This document shows positions 13,921 to 28,991 of a stretch of DNA of 64,000 nt, in pieces (position 1 is the stretch's first letter; each line of letters starts with the position of its first letter). This stretch comes from the human T2T-CHM13v2.0 reference genome, Homo sapiens. The stretch lies in assembly GCF_009914755.1 (NCBI RefSeq), contig NC_060932.1, one strand, 5' to 3'. The notes under the pieces were generated by a model. That model ran no database searches, was not told where the DNA came from, and saw nothing but the letters and a program-made list of their open reading frames with translations. The position numbers and the translations under genes are program-made.

Positions 13921-14799
13921 CTTTACTCTATCTGTGTTCTAGCCCTCAGGGAGAAGCGAAGACTGCGAGTCATTAAATAACAATGTTTAGGCCACTTTGT
14001 TATTTCCCCTCAAAACCTCCAGCCATAGAAATCTTTTGTCTACAAGACAGCACTTATTATGTAATAATGGACTCATTGTTTTCTTTAAGTCTTCTGTGGC
14101 TTTGATCCATGCCCATCAGCATGCACCGCCCCTCCCCGCTCCCCTTACCCCCCAACACAATGCATTTTCATCAAGGACAATTGGGATTTTCACTGGGCTC
14201 TTTAACAACCTGTGAGTAATTCTCAAAGCACCCAGATCACGCTTTGGGCTCCAAACTGAGAGTCACTGGCCTAGAAGCAGAGCTCAGGTACTGTCCAGCT
14301 CTCCCTGACACACTACCAGGTCACCTTTTCCACTTAAAACCCAACCAAGTAGTGTGGGCATGATTATCTGCCTGAGAAATAGAAGTGAGACATAATGTCA
14401 ACAACAACAGTTATAATTATCATTTATTAAGTGTTATGCCCCTGCAATTTAATTCTCCAAAAACCCCATGCGTTGAAAAAAGTTAGTAGGTATTATTATC
14501 CCTGTCTTTCCCATAGGAAGCAGAGAGTCAAGGAGCTGAAAATACATGCCTCAAGATCCCCAGAGAAAAAGTAGCTGCGTAAGTATTCTCATTCAGGACT
14601 GCTTAACTCCAAAGCCCTGCTCCTAACAGTGAAGCCACAGAGATTCTCCTAAGGAGTAATAAGAACGTCCCAGAAGCAGCTCAGTTCAGTAGATATTTAT
14701 TGATCATATACGACATGCCCCATACCATATTAAGCCTTAGAGATTAAATAAGACAGAAATGGTCCTTGACAAATAGAGTTCAGTGAAGACAACTATGGA

Positions 14800-14910
14800 A
14801 TTTACTCATCCAACAAATACTTATTGAGCATCTACTATATGCCAGAGCCAGACACAATTCTAAATGTTAGAAGATGCGACAGGGAACAAAAAAGGCAGGG
14901 ATGCTGCCTT
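14800..14910 (-). mobile_element. L2 3' end fragment
   Basis: TCATCCAACAAATACTTATTGAGCATCTACTATATGCCAG. Confidence 0.65.
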
Positions 14911-17900
14911 CATAGGTTAGGACATTTCAAAACAATGGAATTGAGCATTTTCGACAGGTAGTGAATGAGTTGAAAAAAGAAACAAGAGCCCTACACTCAG
15001 CCCCAGCTGGGATGTGCTAACTGCCTTTCCAGCCCTCCGGGGAGCCATCTCCCAGCTGAAAACCTGGCCTGCCGAGGAGTAGTCACCCACCCTGGCAGCT
15101 CCTGAGTTCCATCCTGGGAGGGGATTGAGAGGGGCTGACTGGAGTATGGTGCTATGTAGCTAATCCCCAGTTGCGCTGGGTCCTCAGAAACTCTCCAATT
15201 AACACACGGGGCCATGAAGTTCTTCTCCTCACAAGTGCTCCCAAGGAGATGAATTTTAATTCACTTTCCTTTCAAGAGTAACTGTGTTGGCAAGCAACAT
15301 TTTGTCACGGGAGGATGAGCAGAAGGTGTGTTAAAGGCAACAGGATGATGTTAAATGTTTGCTCCACAGTGTTTAGGAATAAGGGAAGCTTTTTTTAAAT
15401 TAAGTGCCTTAGAACTGGAGGGAGGGAGGAGGGGCATGGTTGGAAGTTTTCACATGAACCAACAACAGATGTTCTGTCTACAGTCCGGGGAGTGTGAACT
15501 ACCACGGAGGCTACGTGGAGCGCGTGGCATCTGTGTTTGGAAAGCTTCATAACCACCTGCTGTGAGCGGGACATGCTTCCTCAGCATCTGAGTTAGGGTC
15601 AAGGGGTCAACCTGAACTGATAAGCCCCAGTGAACATTTCTTTCAGGCTGGGCTTGAAACCTCAGAGGGCCCCATGACTAAGCGCTGGTCCTGTGTGTGC
15701 TGAGTCAGCTCAGCCATCCTCCTGCCAAGGGGCACACGTCCCAAGGCAACATGAAGTTTCCTCTTTCGAGTGAGTCCATTTGGAGCAAAGTCTTCAGTAA
15801 ATGGAGAAACAGGAGGTACTGCCACAGCAAACTCAAGCTGGTGCTCTGTAAATGGTGGAAGTGTAGAAACCCCGAGCTGGTCCATCCTTGTCTTTCCTGA
15901 GTATGAGGTGGAAAAACGGAAGCCCAGGAAGTTGAAATGGATTGCTTGAGGACACACAGCAGGCCACATCTGCTGAATCCTTCTTGGGGCTCTTTTCACA
16001 TGTCCTACTCAAAGTTTCAAACTTTCATGGAACTTTCCAAGCTCAAACGACAAGCTTGGACACCCTGTGTCAATGCTGATTGGCATGTTTCCTTGATTGC
16101 TCTAAAAGGGATGTGAATTATGACCCTTTAAAGATCCAGATTATGCCAAAAGCAGGCCTTCCAGCCAGGATGTCCCTGAAGTGCCCAGTTCCCTCCCTAA
16201 GAGCAAATGAACATCCTTTATAAGGCACTGCTATAGCATAATCACCATCAGAGAGGCTCAAAGTGCTTATGGTAATCCTAGAAAAATGGCTTTAAAATCC
16301 CATTGTTTAGAGCTTCTGCCTGCAAGATACAACTAAAAACCCTGACTATTATATGCAAAACAAATGTTAAAAGACTCAAGCGTGGAGAGAAGGAAGTGTA
16401 GGACCTGAGGAACGACGACCAACCGGGCAGTGATTTCCCCGGGTATTCTCTTGCCTGATACACCCTGGACTTGGAGTTGAAGCCAACTACCTGCAAACAC
16501 TAACAGGCACAGACAAAAAAAAGTCCCAGCAAAACTCAACCAAAACCCACTCTCTCCAGCCAAAGGACCAAGAAAGGGGCAGCCTAGCAAAACAAAAAAC
16601 TTTTAGATAATAATCACTCCTCTCCAGCCAATCACCACAAAAAAACACTGTGGTCCTGCCCCCACCCAAGCCAACAAAGGCAGACTAAGGAACTGAGACT
16701 TCCATCCTTGCGGGGCTGTACTAAGGATAGTATCAGAAAAGACGAAGAAAAGATCAGGAATTTTATCACCATTCATCTCAGTGGAGACCATGTGGAGAGC
16801 CTGGACTTTCAGCTTCATCCTGCAGTAATGAGGTGTCCCTCCTCTTCCCCCTAAAGTGGTAGAGAGGTGAGAGTTTCAGCATAATCCATCAGTAACAAGG
16901 TCATCCCCATCATGGTGTCACTGGAACATCTACCCCTGCGCAGAAGTAACAGAGGCCAAGTGGAGAACCTGGACTTCCATCATCACCTGGCAGTAACAAG
17001 GCAGAGTCCCTCTTCTTTCTTCTGCCAGAGTGATGTCAGAGAAAGCCAGTTAAAACAGAAGGTTTCAATAAGATCAGAGTATCATAACCTAATCTTAAAA
17101 TTCCCATGTTTCAAAAATCACTTGTCATACCAAGTACCAGGAAGATGTCAAATTGAATGAAAAAACAATCACTAGATGACAACACAGAGACGATGAAATT
17201 ATGTTAGAATTCCTTGGCAATGATTTTAAAACACCCATGATAAAAATGCTTCATAGAACAAATATGAGCTTGTTGCAAACAAATAAAAAATAGAAAGCCT
17301 CAGGAAAGAAATAAAAAGTCTCCACAAAGATCTGTAAAGAATATAAAGGGAAACCCAGTGGAAATTTTAGACCTGAAGATAAAACCTCAGTGGCTGGACT
17401 CAACAGTACAGTGAAAGAGCAGAGGAAAGAATCAGTGAATTTAAACACAGAACAATCTGAACAAGAGAAAAAATAGACTGAAAAAAATTATAATAATAAA
17501 AAAAACTTCAGGGACCTGCCGGACCACAGCAAAAGATCTAACATTTGTGTCATTGGGGTTCTAGAAAGAAATGAGAAAGAGAACAGGGATGAAAGATTAC
17601 CCAAAGAAATAATGGCTGAAAACATCCCAAGTTTGTGAAGAGACATAAAACTAGCGATTCAAAATGCTGAGTGAACCCCAAATAAGATCATTGTGTATGC
17701 ACCAAGCAACAGAACTGCAAAACCTGTGAAGTAAAAATTAATAGAATGAAAAGGAGAACTAGATAAATCCACAATTACAGTTGGAGACTTCAACACTGTC
17801 CTCTCAATGATTAATAAAAACAATTAGACAAAAATCAAGGATATGGAACTCAAAACACTATCAACCAATAAAATCTAATAGACATAGCTGGAACACTCTT

Positions 17901-18371
17901 CTCAAATAACAGCAGAACACACATTTATTTGAGTGTCCATGGAATATATACCAGGATAAACCATATACTAGGCTACAAAAAAAACTTTAACAAAGTTAAA
18001 AGAATGGAAATCATAAATAGCGTATTTTCCAACCTCAGTGAAGTCAAACTAGAAATCAATTATGGTAAGATAATAGAATAATCTCTAAATGCTTAAAAAC
18101 TAAGCAACACACTTCTAGATAATCCATGGGTCAAACAGAAGGTTTCAAAGGAAATTTTTAAAATTACATTGAATTGAATAAAAATTAAAATCAAACATGA
18201 AAATTTGTGAGTCACAGCTAAAGCAGTGCTGAGAGAAATTTATAGCATTAAATGCATACATTAGAAAAGAAAGAAAGAAAAGTCTCAAATTAATAACCTA
18301 AGCTTCCCTCATGAGAACCTGGAAAAAGAAAAGAAAAATAAATTCGAAGCAAGAAGAAATCAAATACTAAT

Positions 18372-18742
18372 TGATATGGTTTGGTTATGTCCCCTCCCCA
18401 ATTTCATCTTAAATTGTAGCTCTCATAATTCCCACATGTTGTGAGAGGGACCTGGTGGGAGATAATTGAATCATGGGGGCGGTTTCCTTCATATCGCTCT
18501 CAGGATAGGAATAAATCTCACAGGATCTGATGGTTTTATAAGGGGAAATCCCTTTCACTTGGTTCTCATTCTCTCTTGCCCACAACCATGTAAGAAGTCC
18601 CTTTGCTCTTTCTTCATCTTCCGCCATGACTATGAGGCCTTCCTAGCTACGTGGAACTGTGAGTCCATTAAACCTTTTTTTCTTTGTAAATTACCCAGAC
18701 TCAGGTATGTCTTTATCAGCAGCATGACAATGAACTAATACA
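18372..18742 (+). mobile_element. THE1 (MaLR) solo LTR nested in L1
   Basis: TGATATGGTTTGG ... AACTAATACA; perfect 5-bp TSD CTAAT (18367-18371 / 18743-18747). Confidence 0.92.
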
Positions 18743-18844
18743 CTAATATAAAACCAGAAACCAATATAATAAAATTGAAAAGAGAAAACCAACAAAGAAA
18801 AATTCAATGAAATAAGGAGCTAGTTCTTTAGAAAGAACTATACA

Positions 18845-19858
18845 CTGAAGAGGTTCTGCACAGCAAAATAAACTATCAACCAAGTAAACAGACAACCTAC
18901 AGAATAGGAGAAAATGTTTGCAAATTATACATCTGACAAAGGTCTAATATCCAGCATCTATAAAGAGCTCAAACAAATGTACATGAAAAAAACAAACAAC
19001 CCAATCAAAAAGTGGGCAAAGGACATAAACAGACACTTCTCAAAAAAAGACATACATGCAACCAACAAACATGAAAACAAAAAGCTGACCATTAGAGAAA
19101 TGCAAATCACTAATCATTAGAGAAATGCAAATCAAAACCACAATGAGATACCATCTTGCACAAGTCAGAATGGCCATCACTAAAAAGTCAAAAAATAACA
19201 GGTGCTGGCAAGGTTGCAGAGAAAAAGGAACACTTATACACTGTTGGTGGGAGTGTAAATTAGTTCAGCCATTGTAGAAAACAGTGTGGCAATTCCTCAA
19301 AGACCTAAAACCAGAAATACCATTCAACCCAGCAATACCATTACTGGATACCCAAAGGAATATAAATGTCCCTATCATAAAGACATATTCACACGTATGT
19401 TCATTGCAGCACTATTCACAATAGCAAAGACATGGAATCAACCTGAATGCCCATCACTGGTAGACTGGATAAAGAAAATATGGTACATATACACCAGGGA
19501 ATACTATGCAGCAATAAAAACGGATGAGATCATGTCTTTTGCAGGAATGTGGATGGAGCTGGAGGCCATCATCCTTAGCAAACTAACACAGGAACAGAAA
19601 ACCAAATACTACATGTTCTAACTTATAAGTGAGAGCTAAATGATGAGAACACATGGACACATAGAGGGGAACATACACTGGGACCTACCAAAAGGTGGAG
19701 GGCTGGAGGAGGGAGAGGATCAGGAAAAATAACTAATGGGTACTAGGTGTAATACCTGGGTGATGAAATAATCTGTACAACAATCCATGACAAAAGTTTA
19801 CCTACATAACAAACCTGCACATGTACCCCTGACCTAAAATAAAAGTTAAAAAAAAGAA
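18845..19858 (+). mobile_element. 5'-truncated L1PA (older, L1PA15/16-like) nested in L1M
   Basis: ORF2 C-terminus (RMFIAALFTIAKTWNQP..WYIYT.EYYAAIK), 3'UTR, AATAAA, A tail; TSD AGAAAGAACTATACA (18830-18844) / AGAAAGAGCTATACA (19859-19873). Confidence 0.88.
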
Positions 19859-21719
19859 AGAAAGAGCTATACAACTGTAAAACCTCTCACAAGACTGACA
19901 AAGGAAAAACAGAGAAGACACAAATTACCAATATCAGGAATGAAACAGAGGATGTCATTACAGATCCTGAAAACATCAAAGGGATAATAAAGTAATAGTA
20001 TGAATAACTCTACACCACATAAATTTAATAACTTAGACAAAATGGTCCAGTTCATCTAAAAACACAAACCACCACAGCTCACTCAATATGAAACAGATAA
20101 TTTGAATAGCCCTATAATATTAAGAAAATTGAATCAATAATTTTTAAACTCCAAAAACAGAAATCTACAGGCCCAGATTGTCTCACGAAAGAATCTACCA
20201 AATGTTTGAAGAAGGATTAACTAAATTCTGTACAATGACTCCCTGAAAAGTAGAAGTGGGGACACTTCTCAATTTGTTTTATGAAGCTAGTATTACCATC
20301 ATCTCGAACCCAAGGACAACACAAAAAAGAAAACTGCAGACCAATATCCCTTATGAATATGGACATAATATTAGACATAGTCATAGAAATCCTTAATAAA
20401 ATATTAGCAGATAGAATTAATCAATATATGAAAAGTGTATGGTGTATACATGATCAAGGGAGTTTTATTCCACCGATGCTTGATATTTGAGAATCAATGT
20501 ACAATCATGACATAGTAAACATAACCCACCACAGTAACAGGCTAAAGGAAGGTAATCATATGATTAAATCAATAAACATAGACACAGCATTTGACAAAAT
20601 TCAACAGCCGTTCATAGTTAAAAAAAAAAACTCTCAGGAAATAAGAATAGTGGAGGATTTCCTCATCTTGATCAGTAGGATTTGCAAAAATCCTATAATG
20701 AATATTATGCTTAATAATGAAAGACTGAAAGCTTTCCCTCTATGATTGGGAGCAAGGAAAGTGTCCGCTCTCACCACTCTTATTCAACATAGTGCTAGAA
20801 GTCGTAGCTAGTGCAAGAAGGCAATAAGTGGTATATATTAATATATTGAAAAGAAAGAAATAATACTGTTCCTGCAGAAGACATGATTGTCTATATAAAA
20901 AAACCCCAAGGAATCTACCAAAAAAAATCCTAAAACTAATAAATGAGTTCAATAAAGTTGCAGGATACAATATAAACATAGAATCAATTATATTTTTATA
21001 TATTAATACTAGCAATGAGCAAATGGATACCAAAATAAAAAATACAAATACTATTTACAATCACTCAAAACTAATACTTAGGTATAAAAATAGCAAAGCA
21101 TGTAAGGACTTGTATGCTAGAAACTACACAATGCTAATGAAAAAAGTCAAAGAATATGTAAATAATGTAGAGACATATTGTATTCATGGATTAGAAGACT
21201 TAACCTAGTAAAAGTGTCAGTTGTCCCCAAATTGACATAGAGGTTAAATGCAGCTCATATCTTAATCCCAGCAAGGATTGTTATAGACCTAGACTATATT
21301 ATTCTAAAATGTATAGAGACAGACCAAAAAATAGACTATCTAAAATAATCTTGAAAAAGAAGAATAAAGTGGGAGCAATAAGTTACAAGACTTATTCAGT
21401 TTCAAGACTTATATAGAGCTATGGTAATCCAAACTGTATGGTACTGGTATAGGGATACACACATAGAATAATGGAACAGAACAGAGAATTCAGAAATAGA
21501 CCCACACATGTATCCCTAACTGATTTTTGACAAAAGTGCAAAATCAATTCAATGAAGAAAAGAGTTTTCTCAATAAATGTCTGGAGCAATTGGACATCCA
21601 TAGGTGAAAAAGGAACATCAACCTAAATCATATAAAAATTAACTCAAAATGGATCACAGACTTAAATGTAAAACATAAAAACTATAACACTTTCAGAATG
21701 AAACATAAGAGAAAATCTT

Positions 21720-22020
21720 GGCCAGACTCGGTGGCTCATAACTGTAATTCCAGCACTTTGGGAGGCTGAGGTGGGTGGATCATGTGAGGCCAAGAGTTGA
21801 AGACTAGCCTGGCCAACATGGCGAAACCCCATCTCTACTAAAAATACAAAAAGTAGCTGGACATCGTGATGCATGCCTGTAGTCCCAGCTACGCAGGAGG
21901 CTGAGGCACGAGGTTGCAGTGAGCTAAAATTGTGCCACTGCACTCCAGCCTGGGGAACAGAGCAAGACTCTGTCTCAAAAAAAAAAAAAAAAAACCTAAA
22001 AAAAGAGTGTATAAAAAATA
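21720..22020 (+). mobile_element. AluS with internal deletion, nested in L1M
   Basis: Dimeric Alu lacking the GGAGAATCGCTTGAACCCGGG segment; TSD AGAAAATCTT (21710-21719 / 22021-22030). Confidence 0.92.
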
Positions 22021-22869
22021 AGAAAATCTTTAGGATCTACGGTTTAGGATCTAGGGCTAGGCAAAGAGTTTTTCGACATGATACCAAAAGTATGATATGT
22101 AAAAGGAAAATATTGAAAATCAGACTTCACCAAAATTAAAAATCTTGCTCTGTGAAAGGGCATGTCAATAGTATGAAAAAGCAACCTACAGAGTAGAGAA
22201 AATATTTGCAATCACTTGTTCAAGAAAGGACTAGTATCTAGAATAAATAAAGACTTCTCAAAACTCAACAGCATAAAAACAAATAATTCAATTAGATAAT
22301 GGGCAGGAGACATTATTTTTCAGTTTCAGAGAGACACAGATGGCAAATAAACACATGAAAAATGTTCAACATCATTAGCCATTAGGGAAATGCGAATTAA
22401 AACCACAATGAGATATCACTACATACCTATGAGAAAGGCCAAAATAAAAAATAATTACAACAAAATGCAGGCAAGCTGGGTGACTCATACATTACTGGTG
22501 GAAAAGTAAAATGATACAACCACTCTGGAAAACAGTTTGGCAGTCGCTTGCAGAATTAAACATGCCCTTACCATGTGACCCAACAATCACACTCCTAGGC
22601 ATTTATCCCAGATAAATGAAACCATAAGTTCATACAAAAACCTGTACACAAATGTTTATCACATCTTTATTTGTAGTAAACCCCAAATGGAAATAATTCA
22701 GATGTCATTCAACACATAAATGGTCAAACAAACTGTAATACACCCAAAACAAAGAACCAGGAACAAATTATTGAAATACGCAACAACCTGGATTTATCTC
22801 CAGAGAATAATCGGATTGAAAAAAACCCAGTCCTAAAAGATCACATACTATATAATTCCCATTTATATA

Positions 22870-23476
22870 AAATTAGTTTAACCATTGTGGAAGTCAGTGT
22901 GGCAATTCCTCAAGGATCTAGAACCAGAAATACCATTTGACCCAGCAATCCCATTACTGGGTATATACCCAAAGGATTATAAATCATTCTACTATAAAGA
23001 CACATGCACATGTATGTTTGTTGCAGCGCTGTTCACAATAGCAAAGACTTGGAACCAACCCAAATGCCCACCAATGATAGACTGGATAAAAAAAATGTGG
23101 CACATACACACCATGGAATACTATGCAGCCATAAAAAAGGATGAGTTCATGTCCTTTGCAGGGACATGGATGAAGCTGGAAACCATCATTCTCAGCAAAC
23201 TAATACAGGAACAGAAAACCAAACACGGCATGTTGTCACCCATAAGTGGGAGTTGAACAATGAGAACACATGGACACAGGGAGGGGAACATCACATACCA
23301 GGGCCTGTCAGGGGGTGGGGAGGTAGGGGAGGGAGAGCATTAGGATAAATACTTAATGCAAATGACGAGTAGATGGGTGCAGCAAACCATCATGGCACAC
23401 GTATACCTATGTAATAAACCTGCACATTCTGCACATATATCCCAGAACTTAAAGTAAATTAAAAAAAAAAAAAAAA
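22870..23476 (+). mobile_element. 5'-truncated L1PA (L1PA7/8-like) nested in L1M
   Basis: Well-preserved ORF2 C-terminus (WQFLKDLEPEIPFDPAIPLLGIYPKDYKS...), 3'UTR, A16 tail; no clear TSD. Confidence 0.88.
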
Positions 23477-23652
23477 GATGTCTGAAATGACAAAATTATA
23501 GGAATGGTGAACAGATTAATGGTTGCCAGTAGTTTTGAAGGGAACAGGGATGAAGAAGTAGGAGTGGCTATAAAAGGGCAACAAGAGGTATGCTCTGCTT
23601 GTGAATATGTCATTATCTCAAAATAAAAATCTTAATTAAAAACCTAACTACA

Positions 23653-24193
<541 letters not shown>

Positions 24194-24201
24194 GTCACTT
24201 A

Positions 24202-24423
<222 letters not shown>

Positions 24424-25265
24424 TTAAAACCGAGAGCCCACAGGGGCCCCTGCGGCCACCGCAATGCAGAAATAAAAGAAACTGGAGAAGATTGGGGAAG
24501 GCACCTATGGGACAGTGTTCAAGGCCAAAAACTGGGAGACTCATGAGATTGTGGCTCTGAAATGGGTGAGGCTGGATGACAATGATGACGGTGTGCCGAG
24601 TTCTGCCCTCCGGGAGATCTGCCTACTCAAGGAGCTGAAGCACAAGAACATCGTCAGGCTTCATGACCTCCTGCACAGCGACAAGAAGCTGACTTTGGTT
24701 TTCAAATTCTGTCACCAGCACCTGAAAAAGTATTTTGACAGTTGCAATGGTGATCTCGATCCTGAGATTGTAAAGTCATTTCTCTTCCAGCTGCTAAAAG
24801 GCCTCGGATTCTGTCACAGCCGCAATGTGCTACGCAGGGACCTGAAGCCCCAGAACCTGCTAATAAACAGGAATGGGGAGCTGAAATTGGCTGACTTTGG
24901 CCTGTCTCGAGCCTTTGGGATCCCCATCTGCTGTTACTGAGCTGGAGTGGTCACACTGTGGTACCACCCACCAGATGTCTTCTTTGGGGCCAAGCTGTAC
25001 TCCACGTCCATTGACTTGTGGTCAGCTGGCTGCATCTTTGCAGAGCTGGCCAATGCTGGATGGCCTCTTTTTCCAGGCAATGATGTCGATGACCAGTTGA
25101 AGAGGATCTTCTGGCTGCTAGGGATGCTCACCAAGGAGCAGTGGCCCTCCATGACCAAGCTGCCAGACTATAAGCTGTACCCATTGTACCCGGCCACAAC
25201 ATCCCTGGTGAACATCGTGCCCAAACTCAGTGCCACAGGGAGGGATCTGCTGCAGAATCTTCTGA

Positions 25266-25790
<525 letters not shown>

Positions 25791-25822
25791 AACTTTATTT
25801 AATTTCATAAATTGGCTCCTTT

Positions 25823-25824
<2 letters not shown>

Positions 25825-25855
<31 letters not shown>
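25825..25855 (+). repeat. (CA)15 microsatellite at the position of the retrocopy poly(A) tail
   Basis: Perfect CA run between CDK5-like 3' end (CATAAA 25806-25811) and the 3' TSD. Confidence 0.95.
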
Positions 25856-25859
<4 letters not shown>

Positions 25860-26529
25860 TTTAATATTCTTATTTTGTTACCTTTGATCAACTCTTAAAA
25901 GACCACAGGCAAATCCTTGTGCCAGTGCCTAGGTTTCCATGTGGCCACTGTGTAGATACACCCACTGCCCTGGGAAGCACACTTTCTGCTAAGTGCACAT
26001 CAGTTGTCAATCAAAATCCTCAACTCACATGTGCAAGGCTTACCACTTTCTTTACTTTCTATGACGCAACTTCATTTGTATGTTAAGGTCCTATTCAGCC
26101 AATGTCGTGAAAATGATGGCAGACAGTTCAACTCCTATCCCTTGCTCATTTCCCCAGGGAGATGGTTCAGGTTCCAGGACACAGACAGAGCCTGATATCA
26201 ACATGGGGGTGGGCGGTAGGGAGAGAGAGGGGGCAAGCACCCTCCTATGCTCAGAGTGTCATCTGTGCACCCTGCAATCTTGAGGATCCATCACCCCATC
26301 ATTCCTCATCCACACCATTTGGATTAATGTCCTATGCCTGCTGTGAGAGATTACCACAAACGTCATGGTTGAAAATGACACAAATGTATGCTCTTATAGT
26401 TCCAGAGGTCAGAGGTCTAAAATGGGTCTCATGGGATGAAAACCAAGGTGTCCACAGGGCTGCTTCCTTTTAGGAAGCTCCAGAGGAGAGTCCATTGTCT
26501 TGCCTTTTCCTCTTTCTAGAGGCTGCGTA

Positions 26530-26692
26530 CTTTAACAGGGTGTGGTGGCGTGCGCCTGTGGTCCCAGCTACTCGGGAGGCTGAGATGGGAGGAACACTTG
26601 AGCCTAGGAGATGGAGGTTACAGCAAGCTGAGATCATACCACTTCACTCCAGGCTGGGAGACAGAGTGAGACCCTGTCTCAAAAAAAAAAAA
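26530..26692 (+). mobile_element. Alu right monomer (AluJ-like)
   Basis: GGGTGTGGTGGCGTGCGCCTGTGGTCCCAGCTAC...GTGAGACCCTGTCTC-A12; flanked by AGGCTGC repeats. Confidence 0.85.
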
Positions 26693-26865
26693 GTTTAAAG
26701 GCTGCCTACATTCCTCACTTGTGGCTGCATCACAGTGACCTCTTGCTTTCATGGTCATGTCTTTTTCTCTAACTCTGACCTTTTGCCTCCCTCTTATAAA
26801 GAGCCTGGTGTTCATGTTAGAACCACCGGATAATCCAGGATAATCTTCCATCTCAAGATCCTTAA

Positions 26866-27300
<435 letters not shown>

Positions 27301-27394
27301 CTACGGACTACACAACCCTGGGCACTTGGGCTCATACCACGCTCATCCCCACACTGGTTACTCTTGCTGCATCACACACCACCCCTTAGGAGTG

Positions 27395-27890
27395 TGAGAC
27401 AACCATTTTATTATGCACACTATTTTGTGGCTCAGGAATTCAGACAGGACACAATGGGAATGGCTTGTCTCTGCTCCAATGATGTCTAGGGCAACAGCTG
27501 GTAAGACCAGATCCCTGGGAGTGACTCAACAGCTGGAGGCTGGAATCATCTGGAGGGTTCATCGCTCCCTTGTCTGGTGGGGGATGCCAGCTGTTGGCTA
27601 GGACCTCAGATGGGGCTGCTGACTCGAGGCCTCTCCTAACGTGCTGAGGTCAACTTACAGCACAGCAGCCTCTAGGGAAACGGACTTCTTACACAGCGGT
27701 TCAAGTTTCCAAAACTTAAGTGTCCCAGCAGGTGCAGCAGAAGCTGCATTGCCTTTCGCAACCCAGCCTCAAAAATCACATAGAATCATTCATTTCTGCT
27801 GCACCCTATTGTTCAAAGCACTCACAAACCCAACCAGATTCAAGGACAGGGGAAATAGACCCTATGTCCTGATGGAAGGTGGTAAAGTCA
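27395..27890 (-). mobile_element. MLT1F-like MaLR LTR
   Basis: TGTGGCTCAGGAATTCAGACAGG.CACA..GGGAATGGCTTGTCTCTGCTCCA...GGCTGGAATCATCTGGAGG...CCAGATTCAAGG. Confidence 0.7.
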
Positions 27891-28616
27891 CTTTATGGAA
27901 CAGCCAAGGAGAGGGAAGGCAGGGTTTTCTCTACCTGCCTCACTAAGCAACCACTTTTTCTCTGGTGTCTCTCTACCCACCCCCAGAACTCTACCTGGAA
28001 ATGGCTCAGGTCTTCTGATCTGATCCCACAGTCTTTGGGGGTGGATGTTGCCACATCCTTGGGGTTCATCCAGAGAGAAGGAATCTGCACCACCCTCATT
28101 ACTTTCCCTCCGACTCTCTCTCTTCTCCCAAATGAAGGCATCCATTCCAGGTGTGGGAGAGGCAGCAGTGAGGCTTCTCTTTTTTCTGTTCTCTCTAAAA
28201 TTTATTGTCCATGTCCTAAGTTCTTTCCATCCCCCTAGGGATCCACATTTTTAAAACTAGAAAGCCAGGAGTTTGCTCAAAAATGCAATTTTTACCTCAT
28301 TCCTTCTCTGAGGGGAAAAGCATCAAAAATTCTTATCTCTACTTGGATGAGGTGAAGAAGAAGTTCAAGGGGTATAAGGATGTGGATGGAGGTGATACCA
28401 TCACTAAACATTTCCAAAAATGTTGTCTTGCCACAGGTACAATTCCCACAACAGCTTGTGTCTTCTGTTGAGGTCTCCAAGGGACTCTCCTCTGAATAAA
28501 TAATACCCATTTTCCCAATCCAATGCAAATAAAATAAGGAGTACATATGGGGCCCAATAAATCATCTATCTTCATCACCGTTAGTAGCCACGCTGAAGGA
28601 GGGGGTCATAGGTCTG

Positions 28617-28832
28617 TACTATGGACTAAATGTTTGGGTCCCCTCAAAATACATATGTTGAGGCCCTACTCCCCAACGTTTTGGTATTTGGAGATGGGAT
28701 CTTTGGGAGGTAATTAGCATTAGATGAGGCCGTAAGGTTGGGGTCCTCATGATGGGATTAGTGACCTTATTAGAAAAGATACCAGAGAGCTAGAGAGCTT
28801 GCTTGCTTGCTCTGTTTCTGTCTGGCTTTCCT

Positions 28833-28886
<54 letters not shown>

Positions 28887-28991
28887 CACAAAGTAGTCAT
28901 GAGAGCACGTAGCAAGATGGCAGCTGCCTAAAAGTGTTGTTTAAGCTACCCAGCTGGGCATTTTTTATGGCAGCCTGAGCTGACTAATATC
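28617..28991 (+). mobile_element. MST/MLT1A-type MaLR LTR (MSTD-like) with internal (CT)n
   Basis: CTATGGACTAAATGTTTG.GTCCCC.CAAAAT.CATATGTTGA...TTATGGCAGCCTGAGCTGACTAA. Confidence 0.75.
28833..28880 (+). repeat. (CT)n microsatellite, one interruption
   Basis: ~48 nt of TC repeats. Confidence 0.9.

Larger units (their letters stand above)
16300..23640 (+). mobile_element. Long degraded L1M (L1MC-like) element with five nested insertions
   Basis: A-rich + strand; ORF1-like segment ~17150-17690 (AAAGAAATAATGGCTGAAAAC..CCCAA), ORF2 endonuclease remnant (GTTGGAGACTTCAACAC), RT remnants ([26 protein letters not shown]), 3'UTR-like end ~23480-23640; many stops and frameshifts; 5' boundary uncertain. 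Confidence 0.8.

Noticed and set aside
19286-23256. ORFs resembling L1 ORF2 (19286-19621, 20281-20745, 22885-23256)
   Set aside because: Fragments of truncated or degraded L1 copies; no intact ORF1/ORF2, so not an active element.
28283-28578. Several overlapping short ORFs in apparently unique sequence
   Set aside because: No homology I recognise, no splice signals or poly(A)/TSD to call an exon or retrocopy; would need BLASTX/Dfam.
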